A stretch of DNA of 64,000 nucleotides from an uncultured Planctomycetia bacterium (GTDB lineage Bacteria > Omnitrophota > Gorgyraeia > Duberdicusellales > 4484-171), in contig CAZVQU010000001.1 of NCBI GenBank assembly GCA_964629655.1, forward strand, positions 484,056 to 548,055, read 5' to 3'. This document shows positions 39,520 through 48,524 of this stretch, piece by piece (positions within the stretch are counted from its first letter, which is position 1; every line of letters starts with the position of its first letter). The notes below the pieces were generated by a model. The model saw only the letters and a list, made by a program, of their open reading frames with translations. It was not told the origin of the DNA and ran no database searches. The position numbers and the translations under genes are program-made.

Positions 39520-40003
39520 ATCTTAACTTTATAAGGTAAATGAATGCTATTGTCAAACATATCATCGAGAGTATCTTGGCTAATTTTCGCTTTTGGGGAG
39601 AAATTTTGTACTCATTTCTATAGCCGCTTCGAATAACCTCTAAGCTCCCCAAATGCATATCGCTTATCTGATGGTCTGGACATTCTTTGTAAAAAATTCC
39701 TTTTATTCTTACCTGGTCTCCGGTTGCGCTATAGCTACCCCAATATGCTATCTCTTCTACCATTTCTTTATCAGCCGAAAAGACTCCTATCTGCTGTGAT
39801 CCGGCTGACACATTCAGCCAGATACCTCGAGCATCATTTAAGGCCTCACCAATTACTTCTCCCTCTATTTGAAACTCCCGGCCACTAAACTCCTCGGGAG
39901 AAGCAAATATATCTTCCAAAGAAATATTTTCGGCATAGGCAAGGGGAGTAACTAACACAATAAGTAACAAGCATAAAATAAAAAGTTTTAATTTAACTCT
40001 CAT
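39503..40003 (-). CDS. Exported OB-fold-like protein with C-terminal membrane anchor, Trk-associated
   Basis: Signal peptide (PLAYA), GEVIGE...W.NV...GD.V.I.G.F...C.DH pattern, C-terminal TM. Confidence 0.6.
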   Translation of the reverse strand: MRVKLKLFILCLLLIVLVTPLAYAENISLEDIFASPEEFSGREFQIEGEVIGEALNDARGIWLNVSAGSQQIGVFSADKEMVEEIAYWGSYSATGDQVRIKGIFYKECPDHQISDMHLGSLEVIRSGYRNEYKISPQKRKLAKILSMICLTIAFIYLIKLRYGKRD

Positions 40004-40005
40004 AC

Positions 40006-41487
40006 CTATCTCCTAAATAACGATAAGGCAAAACCCAACGAGACAAAAATTGAGATAAATTCTAATCTACCAGCCCACATCTGAAAGATATAAACCAGTT
40101 TTAAAGTTAAAGGCATCGTTGGAGCAGTTATCCCCACTGACAACCCGACATTAGCGGTTGCTGAAACAGACTCGAACAGAGCCTCTGATGCCGGATAACC
40201 AAAACCTATAGCCACAATTGCTCCAGCTACATAGGTAAAGATGAAAAGAAAGAAAAATAAATAAGCCTCTTTCATTCTCTTGTCTGAAAGGACTAAACTC
40301 TGCAGATGGTGAAATCTATCTTTGTAAACAGCTCTAAAAGGCATCATCCAACGCTTAATCTCCATAAAGAATGATTTAAAGACAATGCCTAGCCTCATCA
40401 ACTTTATTCCACCGGTTGTAGAACAGACACCTCCTCCGATCATCATCGCAAAGATGACCGCCAGTAATCCTAAGGTTGGAAAGTGGTTTAGTTCTCCACT
40501 AGCTAAATTAGTAAATCCACAACCGCTATGAGCAGAAATTAATTGATAAAATCCTTTACGAAACATTGCTGGGCCGATCTTTGAAAGAGAAAAATAGAGG
40601 ATAAGGCTAAGCGAGCAAACTGTAAAAAAGAAAGTTCTTATTTCAAAGTTCTTGAAGATCTCTTTCTTGCTTTTATTCCATAGCCAAAAGTGAAGATTAA
40701 AATTTATCGCGCCGAGAATCATAAAGACAATAGTAGCTATCTCTAGAGGAAAGGAGTGGTAATAAGCGATATTTTGAGCTTGAGGAGCAAAACCGCCAGT
40801 ATCAAAAGAGGCGAAGAAGAGCCAAAGAGCATGAAAGAATGACCTTTGACCAGACAATCCTTGGCTATAAAGAATAGTGAAAAAAGTAATTACTCCTAAG
40901 ATCAAATAGACAAAGCTTACCTTCCAGATAAATCTTGCAGTAGCAATTACGTTGGGTAGAATTTTTTCCTGGCGGGCTTCGCCGATATAAAAACCTAAAG
41001 CAACCGAGCGAGCTCTGGTTAAAATAGACAAACTAGCTAAGATAATTCCCTGGCCCCCGATAAACATAGTTAAATGCCGCCACATATTATGGGAGATAGA
41101 AAGATGGTCTAAATCTTGAATGAGAATTAACCCGGTAGTTGCGAATCCACTCATTGACTCAAACCAAGCATCAATGAAAGATGAGAAGTGTGCAGATAAA
41201 TACAATGGTATTGCTCCCAGAAGTGAAAACACAAGCCAACCTAAACTAACTGTAAAAAAAGCATGTATCCAACCAGCCTCTTTTTTTATCGGGAAAATGA
41301 GGGTAAGAAGCATCCCTAGGGTAGCACTGAATGTAAAACCAATAAGAAAATCGAGAAGAGGAGAGTATTCACCCTTTATTAAGGCTACTATGATTGGGAT
41401 AACCATAAAGAGACTTAAACCTAAGATAAGCCTCCCTAAAATGTTTAGGATTGTGGAAAAATCTCTTCTATCTGGGGAAATAATCAT
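40006..41487 (-). CDS. trkH: TrkH potassium uptake membrane protein
   Basis: FESMSGFATTG, FIGGQGI, STTGGIK, FESVSATANVGLS, GRLE. Confidence 0.93.
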   Translation of the reverse strand: MIISPDRRDFSTILNILGRLILGLSLFMVIPIIVALIKGEYSPLLDFLIGFTFSATLGMLLTLIFPIKKEAGWIHAFFTVSLGWLVFSLLGAIPLYLSAHFSSFIDAWFESMSGFATTGLILIQDLDHLSISHNMWRHLTMFIGGQGIILASLSILTRARSVALGFYIGEARQEKILPNVIATARFIWKVSFVYLILGVITFFTILYSQGLSGQRSFFHALWLFFASFDTGGFAPQAQNIAYYHSFPLEIATIVFMILGAINFNLHFWLWNKSKKEIFKNFEIRTFFFTVCSLSLILYFSLSKIGPAMFRKGFYQLISAHSGCGFTNLASGELNHFPTLGLLAVIFAMMIGGGVCSTTGGIKLMRLGIVFKSFFMEIKRWMMPFRAVYKDRFHHLQSLVLSDKRMKEAYLFFFLFIFTYVAGAIVAIGFGYPASEALFESVSATANVGLSVGITAPTMPLTLKLVYIFQMWAGRLEFISIFVSLGFALSLFRR

Positions 41488-41522
41488 AACTCTTAAGATA
41501 AACTACAAAGACTTCTCTTGTC

Positions 41523-41609
41523 TTAAAAGATTAAAGAAAGACAATACCCTAGACCAACAATAAAAAGACAAAAAATAATTTCAGTTATGATTCCTGTTAC
41601 TACCCGCAT
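41523..41609 (-). CDS. Putative 28-aa single-TM microprotein between trkA and trkH
   Basis: Manual translation MRVVTGIITEIIFCLFIVGLGYCLSLIF*; fills the only sizeable gap in the operon. Confidence 0.5.
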   Translation of the reverse strand: MRVVTGIITEIIFCLFIVGLGYCLSLIF

Positions 41610-41626
41610 CTTAGTTATCTATCTAA

Positions 41627-42292
41627 TTAAATCTTGCCGATAAGTGCTTTAATTAATTCTTTCTCTACATCAATTAAAGCAGCAGCAATTACTTCATCAC
41701 CAGGCAATATTACTGTTGAACCATAGGGAATAATTATGTCTGGACCTCTTAAGATAGAGACGAGAACGGAATTGTGTGGCAGGCTAATATCTTTTAAGGC
41801 TTTATTGGCAACTGGTGAAGTTTGGGGAATATCAACTCTTACAATTGACAGCCTCCCCTTCTTAATACTTAAAAGGCTCATCACGTCAGTAAAGGAAGCC
41901 TCTTCCTCTACAACCCGAGCGATTATAGATGTAGAATCTACAGGGTTGTCCACTTCCATATATTTATAGAGAGGTATATGCTTAGGATCATTAACCCTAG
42001 CCACAGTTCTTTTTACCCCAAATAGCTCCTTTGCCAGGTAGCAAACAATTGTGTTATCCTCATCATTAGAGGTAGCACTCACACAAACATCAGCCTTTTC
42101 TATCTTTGCCTGTTGCAAAACCTCAGGATAAGTAGCATCTCCTCTGATGATTAGAGTATCTTGCAGCTCTCCGGCTAGCTTATTGCAAAGAATCTCACTC
42201 TTATCAATAAGGCAAATCTGATGACTGTCTTCTTTTAGCTTCTTGCCTAAAATTAAACCTAATCTACCTGCTCCGGCTATGACGATATACAT
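41627..42292 (-). CDS. trkA: TrkA potassium uptake protein (RCK_N + RCK_C)
   Basis: GAGRLG, GDAT, DEDN, VARVN, RCK_C domain. Confidence 0.93.
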   Translation of the reverse strand: MYIVIAGAGRLGLILGKKLKEDSHQICLIDKSEILCNKLAGELQDTLIIRGDATYPEVLQQAKIEKADVCVSATSNDEDNTIVCYLAKELFGVKRTVARVNDPKHIPLYKYMEVDNPVDSTSIIARVVEEEASFTDVMSLLSIKKGRLSIVRVDIPQTSPVANKALKDISLPHNSVLVSILRGPDIIIPYGSTVILPGDEVIAAALIDVEKELIKALIGKI

Positions 42293-42675
42293 TTCTTTAA
42301 CACCTCGGCAATTAAATAGGTACGATTAACAATAGTTAAGCCTTCTTCCTTAAATATCTTCTTCTTCATGACATCGTTTACCTGCAAGATAACCTTCTTG
42401 ACCCCATACTTTCTCTTCACAACCTTGCCGACAACTAAATTAATATTATCATTACCAGTAAGTAGGTACACCGCATCAGCGCCTTTTGCTTCGGCTTTTT
42501 CAAAAGTGGTTATATCCAAAGCATCGGCCCAAATCTTCTTACCGTTAAAATCATCGCCCAAGGAATCTAAACTCTTCAGGCTCTTGTCTACAACTACAAC
42601 ATTCTCCTCTTTAGATAGCTCAAGGGCTAAATTTTTTCCGGTCTTGCCACAGCCGATAATAATTATATATCTCAT
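42277..42675 (-). CDS. TrkA-N (RCK_N only) protein
   Basis: GCGKTG, TGNDNIN; 132 aa. Confidence 0.85.
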   Translation of the reverse strand: MRYIIIIGCGKTGKNLALELSKEENVVVVDKSLKSLDSLGDDFNGKKIWADALDITTFEKAEAKGADAVYLLTGNDNINLVVGKVVKRKYGVKKVILQVNDVMKKKIFKEEGLTIVNRTYLIAEVLKKCISS

Positions 42676-43016
42676 TTTTGGACTGTTTCTACGATTTTTG
42701 CAAATACTTCTGGGTGCTCAGCAGCGATTTTTGCCAACATATCCCGGGAAAGAACGATCTCTTTCTTTTTTAAAGCATTCATAAACTTACTATAAGAAAG
42801 ATCGACCCCTTCTAGGGCTGCATTAATACGGGTAATCCAGAGAGAACGAAATTCCCGTTTCTTTGTCCGTCTATGCCGATAAGCAAAAGCGTAAGCTCTT
42901 CTTAGAGTCTCAATGGCCCGACGGTATTTTTTGGAACGCTCCCCCCAATAACCCTTAGCTGATTTTAAAACTTTTTTCTTCCTCTTACGGGAAGTTACGG
43001 AACTTTTTACCTTCAT
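42672..43016 (-). CDS. rplT: 50S ribosomal protein L20
   Basis: AKGYWG, KKREFRSLWITRINAA. Confidence 0.98.
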   Translation of the reverse strand: MKVKSSVTSRKRKKKVLKSAKGYWGERSKKYRRAIETLRRAYAFAYRHRRTKKREFRSLWITRINAALEGVDLSYSKFMNALKKKEIVLSRDMLAKIAAEHPEVFAKIVETVQK

Positions 43017-43030
43017 TATAAATCTCCTTT

Positions 43031-43231
43031 CTACATAGAATAGGGCAATGCTTTTTTCAATGCCCTCTTATCACCTTCTGATACTTTAGCCTTACGCCTT
43101 AGTTTCCGCTTTCTCTTCTTAGCCTTACCGCTTAGCAGATGACGTCGGCCAGCCTTAGACCTTAAGGCTTTCTTCTTCTTAGTAATCTTTACTCTTTTAG
43201 CTGTTGATTTTCTCGTTTTTAACTTCGGCAT
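43031..43231 (-). CDS. rpmI: 50S ribosomal protein L35
   Basis: MPKLKT...KRVKIT...HLL. Confidence 0.97.
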   Translation of the reverse strand: MPKLKTRKSTAKRVKITKKKKALRSKAGRRHLLSGKAKKRKRKLRRKAKVSEGDKRALKKALPYSM

Positions 43232-43289
43232 TTCTCGCTCCTTTGTCTCTCTTCTTATTATATGAGAAATTAAAAGATATAAAAGTTGT

Positions 43290-43793
43290 TTATTTCGGGC
43301 TCAAAATTAAAACCATGGTCTTACCCAACATATGGGGTTCCCGGTCTATCCTTCCAATTTTCTCGACATCCTTAAGAAGTTTATCAATTACTTTATTTCC
43401 AATCTCTTTATGGGTAATTTCTCTACCCCTAAACCACATTCTCACTCTTACTTTATGTTTTTTCTCTAAAAATTCTTTTATATGTTTAAGCTTAATTTCA
43501 TAATCATGAATCCCTATGCGAGGCCTAATTCTTACCTCTTTAAGCTGAGCTTGTTTTTGATGTTTCCTTACTTCCTTCTCTCTCTTCTCCTGTTCATATT
43601 TATATTTAGAAAAATCTATTATCCGGCAAACCGGTGGGTCGGCTTGAGGAGCAACCTCCACTAAGTCTAAATCAAATTCATCGGCCTTCTTAAAGGCCAT
43701 ATCGCGAGGGAAAACGCCTAATTGTTCCCCTTCAGGGCCGACTACCCGTAATGTTTTTGCAAAAATTCTCTCATTTACCCTCACATACTTCAC
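43290..43793 (-). CDS. infC: Translation initiation factor IF-3
   Basis: LDLVEVAP.ADPPVCRI.DF.KYKYE, FRGRE; GTG start overlapping thrS TGA. Confidence 0.97.
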   Translation of the reverse strand: MKYVRVNERIFAKTLRVVGPEGEQLGVFPRDMAFKKADEFDLDLVEVAPQADPPVCRIIDFSKYKYEQEKREKEVRKHQKQAQLKEVRIRPRIGIHDYEIKLKHIKEFLEKKHKVRVRMWFRGREITHKEIGNKVIDKLLKDVEKIGRIDREPHMLGKTMVLILSPK

Positions 43794-45502
43794 TTAGCGT
43801 CATCCTCCTTTTTTAAAATACCTACTAACTCTTCTGTTCCCATACCACCCAAATTCTTCATACCTCTGCCCCGCAAAGAAATCTTTCCTTCCTGCATCTC
43901 CTTTTTCCCAACAATTACCATGTAAGGAATTTTTAAAAGTTCTTTCTCGCGGATTTTTTTCTGTAAGGTCTCATCGCGTAAATCTACTTCTACCCGAAAT
44001 CCTTGTTTCTCCAAATCTCCTTTTATCTTAGAAGCATAATCTCCTGCATCGGCGGTTACGTTTAAGACACTCACTTGAACCGGAGCAAGCCAAAGGGGAA
44101 ATTTCCCGGCATAGTGCTCGATCAAAGTAGCAATAAAGCGTTCGAAGCTCCCCAAGATTACCCGGTGAATCATAACTGCCCGCTCATTCGTTCCCGAAGA
44201 AGCCCGATAAGTTACATCGAACCGCTTAGGAATATTATAATCTAACTGCACAGTAGCACACTGCCATTCTCGACCAATAGCATCTCGCAGTTTAATGTCA
44301 ATTTTCGGACCGTAGAATGCGCCGTCTCCAGCATTCACCCGATATTTGAAATCTTTTTTCTTTAAGACTTCTTCTAAGATGCTTTCGGAATTATCCCAAT
44401 CTTCTACCTCACCAATAAATTCTTTAGGCCTTGTGCTTAACTCAGCAGTGAAATCAGTAAAGCCAAACTTATCCATAGCTACTTTTACAAACTCCAAAAC
44501 TCCCTCTATTTCACTATAAAGATCTTCCTTTTTACAAAAGATATGCGCATCATCCTGGGTAAAACCCCTTACTCTTAAAAGACCATGCAACACTCCACTT
44601 TTTTCATAACGATAAACTGTCCCCAATTCAAGTAACCGCAAGGGCAAATCACGCCAGCTACGCAATTGGGACTTATAGATAAGGATATGCCCGGGACAAT
44701 TCATCGGTTTTAAAACAAACTCCTGATTATCTTTTTGGACTGAATACATATAGTCTTGATAATACTCTAAGTGGCCGCTTCTTTCCCATAACTTCTTATC
44801 CATAATATGGGGGGTCTCAACCATCTTATATCCTCTCTTTAAATGCTCTCTTATCTCCCAATCTTCTATTATTCTCTTTAAAATTGCCCCTTTAGGCAGA
44901 TAAAAAACTAAACCGGCACCAGCTTGGTTGTGATAAATATCAAAGAGCCCTAACTCTTTACCTAATTTGCGATGATCTCTTTTTTTTGCTTCTTCTAAGT
45001 TCTTAAGATGTGTATTTAGCTCCTCCTTGGTAGAAAAAGCAGTTCCGTAAATACGCAGTAGCTGAGGATTGCCTTCCTCACCCTTCCAATAAGCACCTGA
45101 GACCGAGAGTAGCTTAAAGTACTTTACCTTCCCGGTTGACTCAACATGAGGCCCTTTACATAAATCTGTAAACTCCCCGTGTTTATAAATTGAAACCTTA
45201 TCACTGCCTAATTCTTTTATTAGCTCTAGCTTATACTTTTCGCCCTGCTTTTTGAAGAAATTTATTGCCTCCTTAACATCCTGTTCTTGGCAGTCAAAGG
45301 AAAGGTTTGCTTTTACCTCTTCTTTCATTAGCTTTTCGATTTTAGGCAGATCTTCTTCGCTTATCCCTCCCGGGATATCAAAGTCATAGTAAAAGCCATT
45401 CTCAATTGCCGGACCAATACCCAGCTTAGCCTGAGGGTAGAGCTTTTTTACCACGCTAGCCAAGATATGCGAACAAGAGTGTCTTAAAGCATTTAGATCC
45501 AT
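43790..45502 (-). CDS. thrS: Threonyl-tRNA synthetase (short, no N-terminal TGS domain)
   Basis: RHSCSH, DLCKGPH, RDHRKLG, KPMNCPGH, RVRGFTQDDAH, AFYGPKID. Confidence 0.98.
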   Translation of the reverse strand: MDLNALRHSCSHILASVVKKLYPQAKLGIGPAIENGFYYDFDIPGGISEEDLPKIEKLMKEEVKANLSFDCQEQDVKEAINFFKKQGEKYKLELIKELGSDKVSIYKHGEFTDLCKGPHVESTGKVKYFKLLSVSGAYWKGEEGNPQLLRIYGTAFSTKEELNTHLKNLEEAKKRDHRKLGKELGLFDIYHNQAGAGLVFYLPKGAILKRIIEDWEIREHLKRGYKMVETPHIMDKKLWERSGHLEYYQDYMYSVQKDNQEFVLKPMNCPGHILIYKSQLRSWRDLPLRLLELGTVYRYEKSGVLHGLLRVRGFTQDDAHIFCKKEDLYSEIEGVLEFVKVAMDKFGFTDFTAELSTRPKEFIGEVEDWDNSESILEEVLKKKDFKYRVNAGDGAFYGPKIDIKLRDAIGREWQCATVQLDYNIPKRFDVTYRASSGTNERAVMIHRVILGSFERFIATLIEHYAGKFPLWLAPVQVSVLNVTADAGDYASKIKGDLEKQGFRVEVDLRDETLQKKIREKELLKIPYMVIVGKKEMQEGKISLRGRGMKNLGGMGTEELVGILKKEDDAK

Positions 45503-45538
45503 GTTTTTCTTCTATTGTTTAGCTTTTAGCTTTATTTT

Positions 45539-45613
45539 TGGTGGGCGGTGTAGGATTTGAACCCACGACCCCCTCGGTGTAAACGAGATGCGCTTCCACT
45601 GCGCCAACCGCCC
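45539..45613 (-). tRNA. tRNA-Val(TAC)
   Basis: GGGCGGT...TT-TAC-AC...GGTTCAAATCC...ACCGCCCACCA. Confidence 0.96.
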
Positions 45614-45681
45614 AAAGTATATCGGTAAATAATACCAAAATATTAAGAAAAAGCAAGCAACTTTACCTGGCCCTTAGTTTA

Positions 45682-46128
45682 CTATACTTTAGGTAAAGCC
45701 ATCATGCAAAAAGCCATAACAAATAGGGCAACGGTCTCAATAATCCCTAAAACCATTATATACTGGCCAAACCCCTTGCCAGTCTCAGCTAAAGCATCAG
45801 AAGCGCTGGCTCCGGCTTTACCCTGCATCCAGGCTGAAGCACCCATAGCCAAACCAGCAGCTAAGCCGATTATCATCTGATAGGTATAATTTTGAGCAGT
45901 TGCCGGGAGATTAGCCTCGAGTATCTTACCTCTTAAGATCATACCGTAAATTGTCTGAGTTAAAGGAGCTCCGACAAAAGCAATCAGTGCAAACGGTGCA
46001 GCCTTATTCTGAGTGAAAGCCTTTTTCCAAGCCCCAACTGCTGCCATACCGGCGACTCCAGTACCTAAAGCTGAACCTATGGCAGCGAAAGCTAAAGACA
46101 AATTCATATCGCCAAAACCTTGAGTCAT
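45682..46128 (-). CDS. atpK: V/A-type ATP synthase subunit K (proteolipid)
   Basis: Four TM helices, PLTQTIYG, MQGK, GIIETVALF. Confidence 0.94.
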   Translation of the reverse strand: MTQGFGDMNLSLAFAAIGSALGTGVAGMAAVGAWKKAFTQNKAAPFALIAFVGAPLTQTIYGMILRGKILEANLPATAQNYTYQMIIGLAAGLAMGASAWMQGKAGASASDALAETGKGFGQYIMVLGIIETVALFVMAFCMMALPKV

Positions 46129-46143
46129 GATAACCTCCCTTTT

Positions 46144-47916
46144 TTATTCTCTAAACGGTTCGTATTTAACGCCTGACCACTCCATATCTAAGTGGCCGGA
46201 AAACTCTAACATATTAAGCCGGATGCCATGAACAATCACAGCCATCAAAGCTAAAAGTATATTTAAAGCATGGCCTAAGAAGAGTATCAAAGCTGCCATT
46301 ACTCCTGAAAATATACTGTTGATACCTGAGGCTAAAGCCATACTATTGAAAGCCATGGCTACCGCCACCGTAGCATAACCAACAGCAAATAATCTTAGAT
46401 AAGACACCACATCTGAAAAAGAACTAATAACCTTCAAAGGCAAATCAGCTAATGAGAGCAAAGCGCCTTTAAATATACTCTTATTAGGGTAGGAAAACAG
46501 AATAACTAAACCGGAACCGAGAATAAAGAGCGGCAAGGTGGCAGCCGGAACTTCTTTGTCCAAAACCAACTTACCGGCAACAAAAAATACGCTCCAGATA
46601 ATTGATATCCAGCCTAGCTGAGATAAGGCCAGCCGAGAGTTAATAAAGCGAAAAACTCTTATCCCATGGGCTATAGTCAGATGAATTGCCCCGATAAAGA
46701 AGCATAAGTATATCATAAAAATCTGGTTAGAACCAACAAAGCTATTTATATTACTTATTACTAAGGAATTCAAAAAAGGCAGCTGAGCTATTTTCTCAAA
46801 GCCAAACCAGGTACCGGTAAGCGCCCCCCAGACGACAGTGGCACCACTTAAAAGATAGAGCAAGAAAAAAATATTTTGCTCGGCTCTCTCGAACTTTCTT
46901 TGGACGAAAAAGGTAATTATTAAAAATAATAAACCATAGCCAGCATCGCCGACCAGCATAGCAAAAAATATACTAAAAAAGACAAGAAACCATAAACTTA
47001 TATCATACTCTTTATACCCGGGGATAGTCCCGATAAAATTAAATATTGGTTTTATGATTTCTACCCAGCCAGGATTACGGGTAAGTGTTGGCGCAACTTC
47101 ATCTTCGTCGGGTTCTTGATCAACGGTTGCCCAACCTTGAGCTTTAGCAGCTTTGTTGATTTCAGAAACTGCTTCAGTGGGGCAAAACCCCTGGATACAG
47201 CAGATCTCTCCTTGAGAAGAAACACCGAACCGAACCTTATAAAATTCTATTTTTTTCAGGATCTCTCTTCTATGTTCGATGAATTGCTTTCGGTAGGTGG
47301 CGGCTTTATCTAGTTCTTTTTTAATATCGTCCAGCTCTCTTTGAACAACTGTTACTTTCCGCTGCAGGGAGCGTAAATTTCCTTGGGGAACTTCCACTTC
47401 TTCTAGGCTTAAAGAGTCTTCCTGACTACTTAAAAAAGCTGCTAAATAAAATCTACCTTTATTCTTTCCCAGGGTATAGACCACTCTCTCTTTAGGGAGT
47501 TGCTTTAGGTCCTTTCTGCTTCCAATATAGAGCTTTACGAATACACCGGAGTCTCTTAACTCGGCCAAGGAACGTGACGAAATATTCCCCCACTCTTTAA
47601 ACCAGAGGAGTTTGTCTTGGAAACTCTTAAGCCTGTTTTCGAGCTCACGTTTCTTCCTATTGAGGACAATAACCTCTTTTATATAAAAAGAAATATGGTG
47701 TTTATCCAGGTCTTTACTCTGGATTTTTGAGTCGCTGAGAAGATACAGGGCACGATCCAAGAGTCCTAACTTGTTTTCCCAGGTTGAAATAAGATCAGCT
47801 GCCGGCTCCTTCATGTGCTTAACATGCATGAGGCCTAGCTTCCTCAAATGCCCCAAAGCATTATTTATATGCTTATCGGAAATAAGCAGGGTAATTTTTT
47901 TCATCTTAACTATCAT
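46144..47916 (-). CDS. atpI: V/A-type ATP synthase subunit I
   Basis: MIVKMKK, PGYKEYD, GDAGYG, SDVVSYLRLFAV, HGIRLNMLEF. Confidence 0.95.
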   Translation of the reverse strand: MIVKMKKITLLISDKHINNALGHLRKLGLMHVKHMKEPAADLISTWENKLGLLDRALYLLSDSKIQSKDLDKHHISFYIKEVIVLNRKKRELENRLKSFQDKLLWFKEWGNISSRSLAELRDSGVFVKLYIGSRKDLKQLPKERVVYTLGKNKGRFYLAAFLSSQEDSLSLEEVEVPQGNLRSLQRKVTVVQRELDDIKKELDKAATYRKQFIEHRREILKKIEFYKVRFGVSSQGEICCIQGFCPTEAVSEINKAAKAQGWATVDQEPDEDEVAPTLTRNPGWVEIIKPIFNFIGTIPGYKEYDISLWFLVFFSIFFAMLVGDAGYGLLFLIITFFVQRKFERAEQNIFFLLYLLSGATVVWGALTGTWFGFEKIAQLPFLNSLVISNINSFVGSNQIFMIYLCFFIGAIHLTIAHGIRVFRFINSRLALSQLGWISIIWSVFFVAGKLVLDKEVPAATLPLFILGSGLVILFSYPNKSIFKGALLSLADLPLKVISSFSDVVSYLRLFAVGYATVAVAMAFNSMALASGINSIFSGVMAALILFLGHALNILLALMAVIVHGIRLNMLEFSGHLDMEWSGVKYEPFRE

Positions 47917-48524
47917 ATTCTTGCAGCCTCTTTTCTTCTTTCGATCTTAGCCTTGGCGATTTTTCCTCTTACAACCTCAGCGGTCTGAAGCTCACCCAAA
48001 TGTATCTGTATGACTCGAATAGTTTCCTGAGCCTGAGGTATCTTTACCTTCTCAAATAAATTAACTCTTTGAGTAGAAATTCTCAGCTCTTCTTTCAAGA
48101 TGCCCATCTGCTTATGATATATAAGCAACTTTGCTTTTAAAGTTAACATCTCCTTCTCTATGAAAATAGCTTTATCAACCCAAAGAGGCGTGAGCAGAAA
48201 ATCATAAGATTTCTCAATAAGCTCAACGCTTACAAATACCGGTATGTCTATTCCAGCAACGTTTCCTTGGTCAGTACTTATCCTGCCCGGTTTGCAGAGC
48301 TCTTCTATGGAAACATCTTCAGCAAATACATCAACCCACTTTAAAGCGCTATTTCTTAAATCACCTACTTCGGAAGAAGTAGCTTGGATGGCTTGGTGAA
48401 CTTTTATTATCTCCAGCTGCAGTTGTTTCTTCTTTAGCTGCAGCATCGGCAGATACCGCCGGTATCTCTTAAGATCCTCTTTTTGTTTTTTTAATTCGTT
48501 TTTAGTTAATCTGATTTTAGCCAT
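47913..48524 (-). CDS. atpD: V/A-type ATP synthase subunit D
   Basis: LTKNEL, LQLKK, QRVNLFEKVKIP. Confidence 0.95.
   Translation of the reverse strand: MAKIRLTKNELKKQKEDLKRYRRYLPMLQLKKKQLQLEIIKVHQAIQATSSEVGDLRNSALKWVDVFAEDVSIEELCKPGRISTDQGNVAGIDIPVFVSVELIEKSYDFLLTPLWVDKAIFIEKEMLTLKAKLLIYHKQMGILKEELRISTQRVNLFEKVKIPQAQETIRVIQIHLGELQTAEVVRGKIAKAKIERRKEAARI

Noticed and set aside
45503-45538. T-box or attenuator leader upstream of thrS or pheS
   Set aside because: No room: thrS directly follows tRNA-Val and pheS overlaps the upstream gene. No T-box consensus was seen.
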